This document shows, piece by piece, positions 43,328 through 54,206 of a stretch of 64,000 nt of DNA. The stretch lies in NCBI GenBank assembly GCA_025786725.1, contig JAHLTZ010000012.1:496001-560000 (forward strand). Reading direction: 5' to 3'. The notes beneath the pieces are model-generated. The model saw only the letters and a list, made by a program, of their open reading frames with translations. It did not search any database and was not told where the DNA came from. Position 1 is the first letter of the stretch; each line of letters begins with the position of its first letter. This stretch comes from Syncephalis fuscata S228 (lineage: Eukaryota; Fungi; Zoopagomycota). The position numbers were made by a program, and so were the translations under genes.

Positions 43328-46300
43328 TTATGCTATTTAATAAATAATAGGCCACATACGATATAATTAACATATCTGCCATTTTTGTATAATTATACCT
43401 ACCTTCTATTAATACAAATCATTAAGCATTACAATACATAACATATATTTAATACTTGTTTGGTTAATATACAACTCCACTTACTGGCTATTAATATAAA
43501 TTGGTAAGTATCCACAGCATATAGCATGCAATTAGTATGTAGTTAGTTAGTATACAATATTATTTACCGCCTATCAGCATAAATTATTAAATATATCCAA
43601 GATGTAGCATATAATTAGTACATATCCACTTACTGCATAATTTTACTTACCATCTATTAATACAAATTATTGAATATATAATGATATTAGATTAATGCAT
43701 AGTTAATATAAAATGTCACTTACGGCCTATCAGTATAGGTTATTAAACACACACAACATATAGCATGCAATTAGTACATAGTTAGTTAATATACAATATC
43801 ACTTACCAGCTATTAATACAGGTTATTTAGCATGCAATGGTATTTAATTAATGCATAGTTAATATAAAATATTACTTACGACCTATTAATACAGGTCATT
43901 AAACATCCACAACGTATATCATGTAATTAATACATATTTGCTAGTATATTATGTCACTTACGAGCTATCATTATAGATTATTAAACACACACAACATATA
44001 GCATGCAATTAGTACATAGTTAGTTAATATACAATATCACTTACCAGCTATTAATACAGATATTAGCATGCAATGGTATTAATTAATGCATAGTTAATAT
44101 AAAATATTACTTACGACCTATTAATACAGGTCATTAAACATCCACAACGTATATCATGTAATTAGTACATATTTGCTAGTATATTATGTCACTTACGAGC
44201 TATCATTATAGATTATTAAACACCCACAACATATAGCATGTAATTAGTACATATCCACTCACTGCATAATTTCACTTACCAACTATTAATACAAATTATT
44301 GAGCATGTAATAGTATTTAGTTAATGCATAATTAATAAATATAAAATTTCACTTACGAGCTATCCGTATAGGTTATTAAACATACACAACATATAGTATG
44401 TAATTAGTACATATTTGTTAGTATATAATGTCACTTACGACCTATCAATACAGGTTATTGAGTATTCACAACATATAGAATGCAATTAGTACGTAGTTAA
44501 TTAATATACAATGTCACTTACGGCCTATTAACACAATTATCAAGCACACACAGCGCATAACACATAATTAATGCATAATTGGTTGATACACAGTGTCACT
44601 TACCAACTATTAACACAATTATCAAGCACACACAGCGCATAACACATAATTAATGCATGATTGGTTGATATACAACGTCACTTACAAACTATTAACACAA
44701 TCATCAAGCACACACAGTGCATAACACATAATTAATGCATAATTGGTTGATATACAACGTCACTTACTGGCTATTAACACAATCAGCAAGCACACACAGC
44801 GCATAACACATAATTAATGCATAATTGGTAATATATGATGTCACTTACGGCTATTAACACAATCAGCAAGCACACACAGCGCATAACACATAATTAATGC
44901 ATAATTGGTTGATATACAATGTCACTTACCGTCTATTAACACAATCATCAAGCACACATAGCGCATAACACATAATTAATGCATAATTGGTTGATATACA
45001 ATGTCACTTACCGTCTATTAACACAATCATCAAGCACACACAGTGCATAACACATAATTAATGCATAATTGGTTGATATACAACGTCACTTACTGGCTAT
45101 TAACACAATCAGCAAGCACACACAGTGCATAACACATAATTAATGCATGATTGGTTGATATACAATGTCACTTACCGTCTATTGACACAATATCAAGCAC
45201 ACATAGCGCATAACACATAATTAATGCATAATTGGTTGATATACAGTGTTACTTACTGCCTATTAACACAATCATCAAGCACACACAGCGCATAACACAT
45301 AATTAATGCATAATTGGTTGATATATAATGTCACTTACCAACTATTAACACAATCAGAAAGCACACACAGCGTATAACACATAATTAATGCATAATTGGT
45401 TGATATACAATGTCACTTACGAACTATTAACACAATCATCAAGCGCACACAGCGCATAACACATAATTAATGCATAATTGGTTGATATACAATGTCACTT
45501 ACTGGCTATTAACACAATCAGCAAGCACACACAGCGCATAACACATAATTAATGCATAATTGGTTTATATACAATGTCACTTACCGTCTATTAACACAAT
45601 TATCAAGCACACACAGTGCATAACACATAATTAATGCATAATTGGTTGATATACAGTGTTACTTACTGCCTATTAACACAATTATCAAGCACACATAGCG
45701 CATAACACATAATTAATGCATAATTGGTTGATATACAATGTCACTTACGGCCTATTAACACAATCAGCAAGCACACACAGCGCATAACACATAATTAATG
45801 CATGATTGGTTGATATACAATGTCACTTACCGTCTATTAACACAATTATCAAACACACACAGTGCATAACACATAATTAATGCATAATTGGTTGATACAC
45901 AGTGTTACTTACCAACTATTAACACAATCATTAAGCATACACAGCGCATAACACATAATTAATGCATAATTGGTTAATATACATGTCACTTACTGCCTAT
46001 TAACACAATTATCAAGCACACACAGTGCATAACACATAATTAATGCATGATTGGTTAATATACATATCACTTACTGCCTATTAACACAATTATCAAGCAC
46101 ACACAGCGTATAACACATAATTAATGCATAATTGGTTGATATACAGTGTCACTTACCGCCTATTAACACAATCATCAAGCACACACAGCGCATAACACAT
46201 AATTAATGCATAATTGGTTGATATACAATGTCACTTACGGCCTATTAACACAAGCAGCAAGCACACACAGCGCATAACACATAATTAATGCATAATTGGT

Positions 46301-47366
46301 TGATATACAATGTCACTTACTGTCTTTTAACACAATCAGCAAGCGCACACAGCGCATAACACATAATTAATGCATAATTGGTTGATATACAATGTCACTT
46401 ACCGCCTATTAACACAATCATTAAGCACACACAGCGCATAACACATAATTAATGCATAATTGGTTAATATACAATGTCACTTACGGCCTATTAACACAAT
46501 TATCAAGCACACACAGTGCATAACACATAATTAATGCATAATTGGTTGATATACAATGTCACTTACGGCCTATTAGCACAATCATCAAGCACACACAGTG
46601 CATAACACATAATTAATGCATAATTGGTTGATATACAATGTCACTTACCAACTATTAACACAATTATCAAGCACGTACAGTACATAGCATGTGATTAGTA
46701 CATAGCTAGTTCATATACAATTTCACTCACGTTCTATCGATACAAATTATTAAACATACATCGGATAGCATGCCGTTAATGTCTAGTTGAGTTATAAACT
46801 ACGTCACTTACTAGCTATTAATATAGATTTTTAAACATGATTTATATTATATGTTTAGCGCATAGCTGGTTAGTATATGATGCACTCACGAGCTATCAGA
46901 GTTAAATTGGTAAAAACAATATTTGATTAAATAAATGAATTATTGTTTTTACCGTAGTTTACCTCCTATTGATGCAAATGCAGCACATTAGTATCATCAA
47001 TGTAATATCAATTTATTGCTTTATGTTAAACCTACTTTTAGCCAATGGCGCTGGTTGACCCATTGTATATTAAAACAATAATTAATCAGCATATCAGTAA
47101 ATAGTTATAATCAATACTTACCACTGTTTATGCGTGTGTTGATTGTGTGTATGGCAATATTCAATAAGTGTTGGAACAATAGTTCATAATCATGACTTAC
47201 CGGCTAATACCATCATCGGTTAAATATAATGTTAGTAAGCGTATCAAATTCCAAATTTATTGCAAAACATACCACGACGGATTCGGTTTGGTTTAGCATC
47301 CACCATGGCAGTATTGACCACGAAAGCCACGACGAGGGTGCAGACGACGGCAATAGAAAGCTTCAT
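43328..47366 (-). CDS. Micro-exon gene B: ~84-aa secreted peptide precursor in 50 exons (94-nt signal exon, 45 x 3 nt, 2 x 2 nt as assembled, 1 x 15 nt, terminal CA+TAA)
   Basis: Exon 1 (47273-47366) encodes MKLSIAVVCTLVVAFVVNTAMVDAKPNRIRR+G before GTATGT. All 48 internal exons have AG and GT flanks. Joining them gives AVAPLAKRAPKLGRRDSRGSIDGRNAILGNANDGPIFGRPLARPARPGHGAKA* if the two 2-nt exons are read as TTG and GCC. Confidence 0.82.
43395..46970 (-). repeat. Tandem array of 45 intron+micro-exon units; the core is ~27 near-identical 82-bp units (~44510-46660)
   Basis: The plus-strand unit is CACTTAC-NNN-CTATTAACACAATCATCAAGCACACACAGCGCATAACACATAATTAATGCATAATTGGTTGATATACAATGT, with variation concentrated in NNN. 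Confidence 0.96.
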
Positions 47367-47482
47367 GGTGATATTGATTTGTTGAAACAAACAATTAGAA
47401 TAGACAATAAATTGTATTTGGCAGAAAGTAGATAATAGTGAGTATTTGGCAGAAAGTAAATTGTGATGATGATGCTACTAGC

Positions 47483-47511
47483 TAGCTGTGTGTATTGTGT
47501 AGGCTATTTAA
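47483..47511 (-). promoter_or_regulatory. Putative core promoter (TTAAATAG, TATA-like) of micro-exon gene B
   Basis: Homologous to 21552-21580 and at the same distance from the ATG. Confidence 0.4.
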
Positions 47512-49755
47512 ACCCATTATCATGATGGGACACCAACATGCTACGCTGTATAGAATATACCATTGATGTGCAATGTAAACCAATGACGATGCATCTACAT
47601 GGAGGCTTGAAGCATACGTATAAGATCCTATCAATGACATGTAGTGTGCAGCCAAGCCTTTAATTTAGCCTGTCCAGCATTTACACAAATGGCACAACAA
47701 TCTCAATCATCCAACACATATTTGGTAGAAATCCATTTATTGATGTGTACTGTTCTTTTACACACAATCGGCCATGCGATGCAAATTGCATCTATTGGTT
47801 CTAAAGAAACAGCAAGATGCATCGCTGTGATTTTACTTCAGCTTGCTCGGAGTTACACAGATAAGGCGACAATCTCAAGCACCAGTACACATGGGATAGA
47901 AATGTGCCTATTAATCTCTACTGTGTTGTATCACGCGGTTTGGCTACACAAAACAGAGGCTATTGGTCCTCAGAAATAGTAATGATGCATCGCTGTGCCT
48001 TTGCCGTTGATTTACAAAAACTCAATTTCCAATATCTGCATGCACCACAAACAGCGTGTAGCTCACGAGATATCGCACTGATGTCGAGCAGCCTTTTTGG
48101 ATCTTTTGTATCAAATCAAAGCTAGTCAGTTGAGCCAGCAAACTGTATTTTATCTACTTAAAATAGCTGTAATCCTTTTAATAGCCAGTAAATAAGAATT
48201 CTTACTCAAACAGCGCATAACAGCAGCATCAATGCATTAGGTTGTATTTCTTTACATACATCTACCATTATGCATAAACTAGTTATGGCTTTTTGTGTCA
48301 TGAGAATATATCGTTTGGTTCGTACATGCGTTCAATTTAGCACTGCGGCTTGGTCACAAAAATAAGCAGTTTCTTTTTAGCACAGTGCTACTATATGTTG
48401 ATACAGGCTGTGTTGTTATTCATGAAATACTTTTATTAATTATTGACTGTTAAGCAAATGCATTTTAATAGTAAACACTGTGCTTAGCTACTTATGTCGC
48501 TGGTCACCTGACATTGAAAATGAAGCCAACCAAATGATATGCAACTATATGTACAGATATCAAGGCCATGTCTATCAAATTGCCCTAGTCGAATACGTTC
48601 AGCTTTAATCGTGTAACATCAGTGCATGATACATCAAGTAGTAGCAATTCTACTGTGCACATGACTTACACAGTAACAGCTTGATTAAAATAACAGGCCT
48701 GCAATTTGAAATCTGCATTAGAGGCTAGGCATTTGGATTGTATTTTTGCATCCTGCAACCCAACACTAGTGGTAAATTGTGCAACTTGTAACCATTTTGG
48801 TGATATTGTCCACTAATTGCAATATTTGCTGTCTGTTTTTCTTTATACTTCTGCGCATCAAATGTCATTTCCTAAATAATATGGAAACGAGCAATATTCA
48901 AGTACAATTTAGTTATTTAGTTGGTATTATAGCGTATATGGCCATATGTATTAGTCACAGCCACTGAGTGTTATCGATAACTAATGGCTAGTTACTGTGC
49001 TTACTGCTCGTTATCGGTACTGCATTCATGCTTATTGCTGCGTCTATTCTGGAGCCGATGTATATCTGTTTATGTTTTAATGCATTGTGTCTCGCACATA
49101 TCACATGTCATTGTAGCAATAGCAATTAGCTGGTTATTTTTGTACTGTAAACATCAACAGACACATTATACAACAGACAATGCCTTCAACAATTCTATTG
49201 TTAGTGGCTATACTTAATATCTATGTTTAAGTAACTATAGAGATACTTATGTTCCTAAAATAAGTGTAACCTACGCTTAAGATTGCGTAGCACGGGTTTG
49301 CACTTTGATCTCCCTGCTACAAAAGTGGTAAAATGCGTGAATATAAACGACTAAACAATCACATTGAACATGATATCACTTATACTTTGTTAAACTAGTG
49401 GCTATATTACTTGATTTGCATGTTCTTACTAATCCTGTATTTATTTAACCATGCAAGCATTCATGTGACGGTTAGGCTTGCATACATGATGTTCTACTTA
49501 TGTTACTTCCTTTCCTACCTTTATATATATATTGAGCATAACGCATAGCCATTTAATAAAATATCAACATTTATTCCTTCTATTCAATTGTGTCTTTCAA
49601 CGCTAACAACAACTGTGTTTATTCAAATTGTCTTTAACAGCTGTTTTATTTTACTTCATTGGCTATTTCGTAATACCACAACGCATCCTATATTCTCCCT
49701 ATATCATATCCTGTTTCCTACACTATTGTTTGTTTATTCCAACTGCTTGGCTAAC

Positions 49756-50067
49756 ATGAAGATCTTGTTTGCAATTGTTTGTGCCATTAGTGTCATGGCT
49801 GTGGCCTATGTAATTACTGTGGAAGCCAATCCAATGCCGAATGCACCAACGTCTAAGCGTCTCAGACGACATGTTAAGCCTAGGCTCCGCAGAGAAAGCG
49901 GACCTATAGCTATCGGTAGTGTTATAGAGAAAAAATCTGTTCAACTTAACACGCCACCTCCAGGGAAACAGTACATCTGGACTTGTAGCCAATCCACCGT
50001 CTTCACTCCCTTTTCTGAATTTACTTCTTCAAAGGCATGCTGGCAGCTTGTACCAATAGATCGTTAA
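49756..50067 (+). CDS. Small secreted protein (103 aa) with a signal peptide, dibasic sites and two Cys in the mature part
   Basis: MKILFAIVCAISVMAVAYVITVEA-NP signal peptide, then KRLRR and RLRR; intronless. Confidence 0.7.
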   Translation: MKILFAIVCAISVMAVAYVITVEANPMPNAPTSKRLRRHVKPRLRRESGPIAIGSVIEKKSVQLNTPPPGKQYIWTCSQSTVFTPFSEFTSSKACWQLVPIDR

Positions 50068-50831
50068 TTGTTAGCCAGACAGTAAATTAGTATTATAAAC
50101 CCAATTGCATTGAATTTTATTGCTTGATACTAACTGATGCCCTTTAATTGCTTATATTTTATATTCAATAAGCTATACATTAATACAAGCTACTCGTGTT
50201 TTATTGACTTGTATATACCTTTAGTCATTACAACTCATTGCACCTTGATTCACTATTACATTAACAAAAGTAACTCTATTTTTTCATTCTATTAGCTTTT
50301 GAATGCTTTATGTAAATCAAATATTTATTCTTATTTACAAAAACTATATAATTGTTTGATTAACATAAATAAGAAACGTCTCAATAAATAAATGCTAATG
50401 GGAATGAAAGTTGACAAATTGCACCAATACCTATATCTGATGCATCAGATATGTATTGCCCCTTGACCATCACGGTAATTACACACTATGTTGATTTATG
50501 GTCAAAACGTTTTATTATATGTAGCAAAAGCATAGTATACGATAAAAGAAAAGAGAACTAAAATAACAATGAATTAAGCGCACAATTCACCTCGAGTCGA
50601 ATTCTTTCAATAATCATATCGCATCTGATAATATTTTTTCCTTTATTTGAATCCTTTTCTTGTTCCATGACATTAAGATAACGGTACACTCTACCCCACA
50701 CGTATCGAGGAAGAAGTGGCTATTTTCTTGGTAGTCTATGTCTTTTTATCTATTGAACCTATTTTATTCATTTACTTGTCAGGCACAATTAGCAGAATCT
50801 AGTCTGTTACGACTCTAACAATCTAGTTACC

Positions 50832-52186
50832 ATGTCATTTCTTTGTCCTGACACCAGTCGATATGACGAACAGCCTGGCAAGCTGTTTTGCATACTTGGT
50901 TGTTGGCGGTTCTGGGCCTTGGCCTTGATAGTTATTGGCGTTTGTTGGTTTTGCGAAACATGCTGGTTCCGCGTAAGTAGTGCTAGTAGCAATATTGTGT
51001 TTGCTTGTGTGTGTGTGTGTGTGAATGGCAATGGGTGGCAGTAGCAGCGATTTTTATTTACCTTTCTATATAGAACACATTGCTACCATTTGTGAAACGC
51101 CATTTAACGATTCATGCCGACCAAACACCCATAGCCGCCACAGTGATGTTGACATCACTACAACAGCCATCTATGGAAAATAAATCCTACATAGTGGAAA
51201 AACCATTACCAGCAATACCATACAATACTACACCAGCAGTAGAGAAGGATCATGGTGCCGCTGCGGTGGTAGTATCTGAAGCTGATCCTCTGCCGGTTAC
51301 TACATTAATGGTCTGTTCTAAATGCGTTCGACGTGATCTACCGGATGCTTGTACTATGGCGGCCAATTGCCGTGTCCCCAATACTATTACACCTCCTTTA
51401 CTTGGAGATATGGAAGATCTGATAGGAGGCGCTGGATGCTTTGCCAATCCTTCTTTAATGAGTGCACGCGATGTGAAAGCCACCGCAACCGATGATCCCG
51501 ACTCAACGATTCAGATTAAAACCGGTCGAAAGCTTTACCATCGATTAAGAGCTCGTCGACTAGATAAGCTGTCGGCAGCAAAATCTTCAACCTCCACGAT
51601 CGATGAAGAGGCGGTAGCAGATAAAATGGCACATCAATTACGCATTGTTCCAGTGGATTGTTTAAGTAATTGTGATCGAGGTAATTGTATTGCTATTACA
51701 GCACCAGGTAAATATATATACCAATTTGGTGATTTGGATGAACGTCGTCCTGAAGTACTTGATGACATTATACGCTTTACAATGAACTACATGGAAAGTG
51801 CCGATGGGTTCAGTAAAACAAAGACTCGGCCCACATGGATGAAATCTAATGTACTGGCTCGCATTCCACCACTACCTATGCCATCTAATATAATACCAGA
51901 TTGGCACAACATGGAGCAAGAAGATATGTTAGAAGCGGAAGAAATACACCGACGAGTGGAACAACAACAGGAGCAACAAGAGCACCAGCAGATTATTAAC
52001 AAGGTGCCAGATGAACGAGCAATAGCATCAACAGCAACAGCAACAGCAACAATATCATCAACAGGAACATTGGTCCATCGACAGCATAGACATCATGATC
52101 ATGACCACCATAGCACATACAAACAATTAATGCCGCAAAACGACGAACAAAGAGAACCGTGCGATTGCCGAGAAAGTTTTGTCTAA
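50832..52186 (+). CDS. Membrane-anchored DUF1636-like (thioredoxin-like, putative metal-binding) protein, 2 exons (50832-50972, 51074-52186)
   Basis: A phase-0 GT-AG intron joins the hydrophobic exon 1 in frame to exon 2. Motifs are LMVCSKC, VDCLSNCDRGNCIAITAPGKYIYQFGDL, YMESADG and VLARIPP, with a His-rich tail. Confidence 0.78.
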
Positions 52187-52273
52187 GCTGTGTTTAATAT
52201 TTACTAAAGTCGTTATTTCAAATGTTTTATTTAATACGATGTATTTATTCAGTAGATGACTGTAATGTATAAC

Positions 52274-53632
52274 TTAGAGGAAGAATCGTCGTCGGCTTGT
52301 TTCCATTTCCGACTAAAGAAATATAATACAAATGGATTAATATTAAATACTGTTACTAACATCTAACTAATGGATGTACTATGATCATTACCTTGAATTC
52401 CCATTCACGCTGTCCATTCTCCTTGTCAAATGTGCCTTTTTGTAGCCATTTTAATTTTAACGTAAATCGCGGTCCAATCTCTTGCAAATCAGCCCGTTTA
52501 CCCGATTTAAACATATATCTATACGTATTAAATACATTATATATAGTAGTCATTAATGAGTACTTAATACAGTATTACACCAAATATTTACCGATGCCGT
52601 CTAAAGAATATAAAGTCTCGTTGATTGTGGAATGTGCAAACCTGACGACCTTCAAATTCGGGTCTTTGAGGAAATAGCGAGGCAAACATACGTCCAACTG
52701 TATGACCAAGACGAGTATTAAAGTTATTAAGTATCAATTCAGGATGGTGGCTAGTGATTCTGCCGTGATTCTATCTCATTCTATTAATACTAATCATACA
52801 AATGTACTTATAGTCAATCTACTTACATGAATACTTTTATGATTTTGAATACTTGTCAACTTGAAATAGGCTGTTGGTCCATCGGGTAAATGAATAAATG
52901 TAATGGCATCTATAGTTCATGTGCAATCATCATATTAATCCATCTATTTAATTAATTAATACCAACTATATAGCTTACTTGGTACTTTCTTATCTTCATT
53001 TACTATCATAAGATCGGTATAGTCACGATTCTTACAAAACTCCACCATTTGTTTAATTTCGAATTTGACACCTCGTCGAACAAACTCGGCATTTGGAAAT
53101 ATCGATAATAATTCCTCGGCAAATAAATAGGTTGGCTAACCAGTCATTAAATGTTGTTAGATTATCGTAAAACAATCCTAGCGTATATATATTTATTTAC
53201 CTTGGCTGCATATTTACTTGTAGTAATTAATACCTTGGGGGCTTGTCCAGTAAAATAGGAAGCAAATTCATCGGTGGCCTCATCAATTGCTACCTAAATC
53301 ATTTGATATAAATACTGTTTAATTTATACCATTTACTAGTAACTTACTTCATCGTCATTTTCAGCCACAATAGTTTCGTCATATTCTCTTGTCGACTCTA
53401 GTGTTTTTGGTACGTTATTTGCTCGGCGTTCCTAATAACACTTTTAACAATAAGCCTATACGTTATCCAACTAACTTACTTCGGCTTTAATGGGATCTGC
53501 CTTTTCTTCTCTCTTTCTACGCAAACGTTCATCGCGTTGCTTCTTTGCTCTTTTCTGAATAAACTTGGCAAACACCTCTTGCCGCTTCTGCTTATTTTTA
53601 ATATTGGAAATGTGTGGCTGGTCTGAATCCAT
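52274..53632 (-). CDS. RPF1: Ribosome production factor 1 (Brix domain), multi-exon
   Basis: [50 protein letters not shown] and [18 protein letters not shown]. Confidence 0.95.
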
Positions 53633-53733
53633 CGTGTCAAGTGTAAATTAATAGAAAAAAAAAGAAAAAAGAAAGTGAACGGCAAGACTTACAACAGCAC
53701 CCATTTTACTTTTCTATTTCTGTTTCGTACATC

Positions 53734-54045
53734 ATGCCAAGATTCTCGCAATTGTCTCCACAAGCACAACGGTAATAAGCAATAAATTATATATTCAACG
53801 TGTATATATATATATTTATACTAATATTTAATATTTATTTGTAGCCTTGTTGTAATGACAGTATCAATGCCTATTTTTGTGGCTACTAGTTGGATGTTAT
53901 ATCGACGTGGTATGTATTTATTATCTAATAGTATTTACACAACTAATTATATAATAATACAATAATACAATAATACAATAATATAGTTATATTAGGAGAA
54001 GAACAGCGTACACCGCCATCTCAACCAAAGAAATCATCTAATTAA
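53734..54045 (+). CDS. Small single-TM protein (~53 aa), 3 exons
   Basis: Two GT-AG introns splice to MPRFSQLSPQAQRLVVMTVSMPIFVATSWMLYRRVILGEEQRTPPSQPKKSSN*. Confidence 0.7.
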
Positions 54046-54206
54046 TACGATTGATATTAAAGTGTTACTATTGTTCAATTAAATATAATTAAAATGAATA
54101 CAGTAATTTTATTTGTAAAAATTAATAGAAAACTATTGTTTTCGCTGTCGTAATAATCATGTTCTACACTGGCTATTTGTATTGACTCTTAATAGAGCCA
54201 TTCAAT

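Noticed and set aside
44510-46660. CRISPR-like reading of the 82-bp repeats with variable inserts
   Set aside because: The context is eukaryotic, no cas genes are present, and the variable part is only 3 nt flanked exactly by AG and GTAAGT.
43403-46965. Phase-0 reading of the micro-exons (each triplet as one codon, an Ala/Leu/Thr-rich peptide)
   Set aside because: Exon 1 ends in phase 1 in both paralogs, both last exons have TAA in phase 1, and the 15-nt exon is conserved as PLAK only in phase 1.
47644-49217. Short ORFs upstream of gene B
   Set aside because: They have no recognisable motifs or splice structure, and part of the region is homologous to non-coding DNA upstream of gene A.
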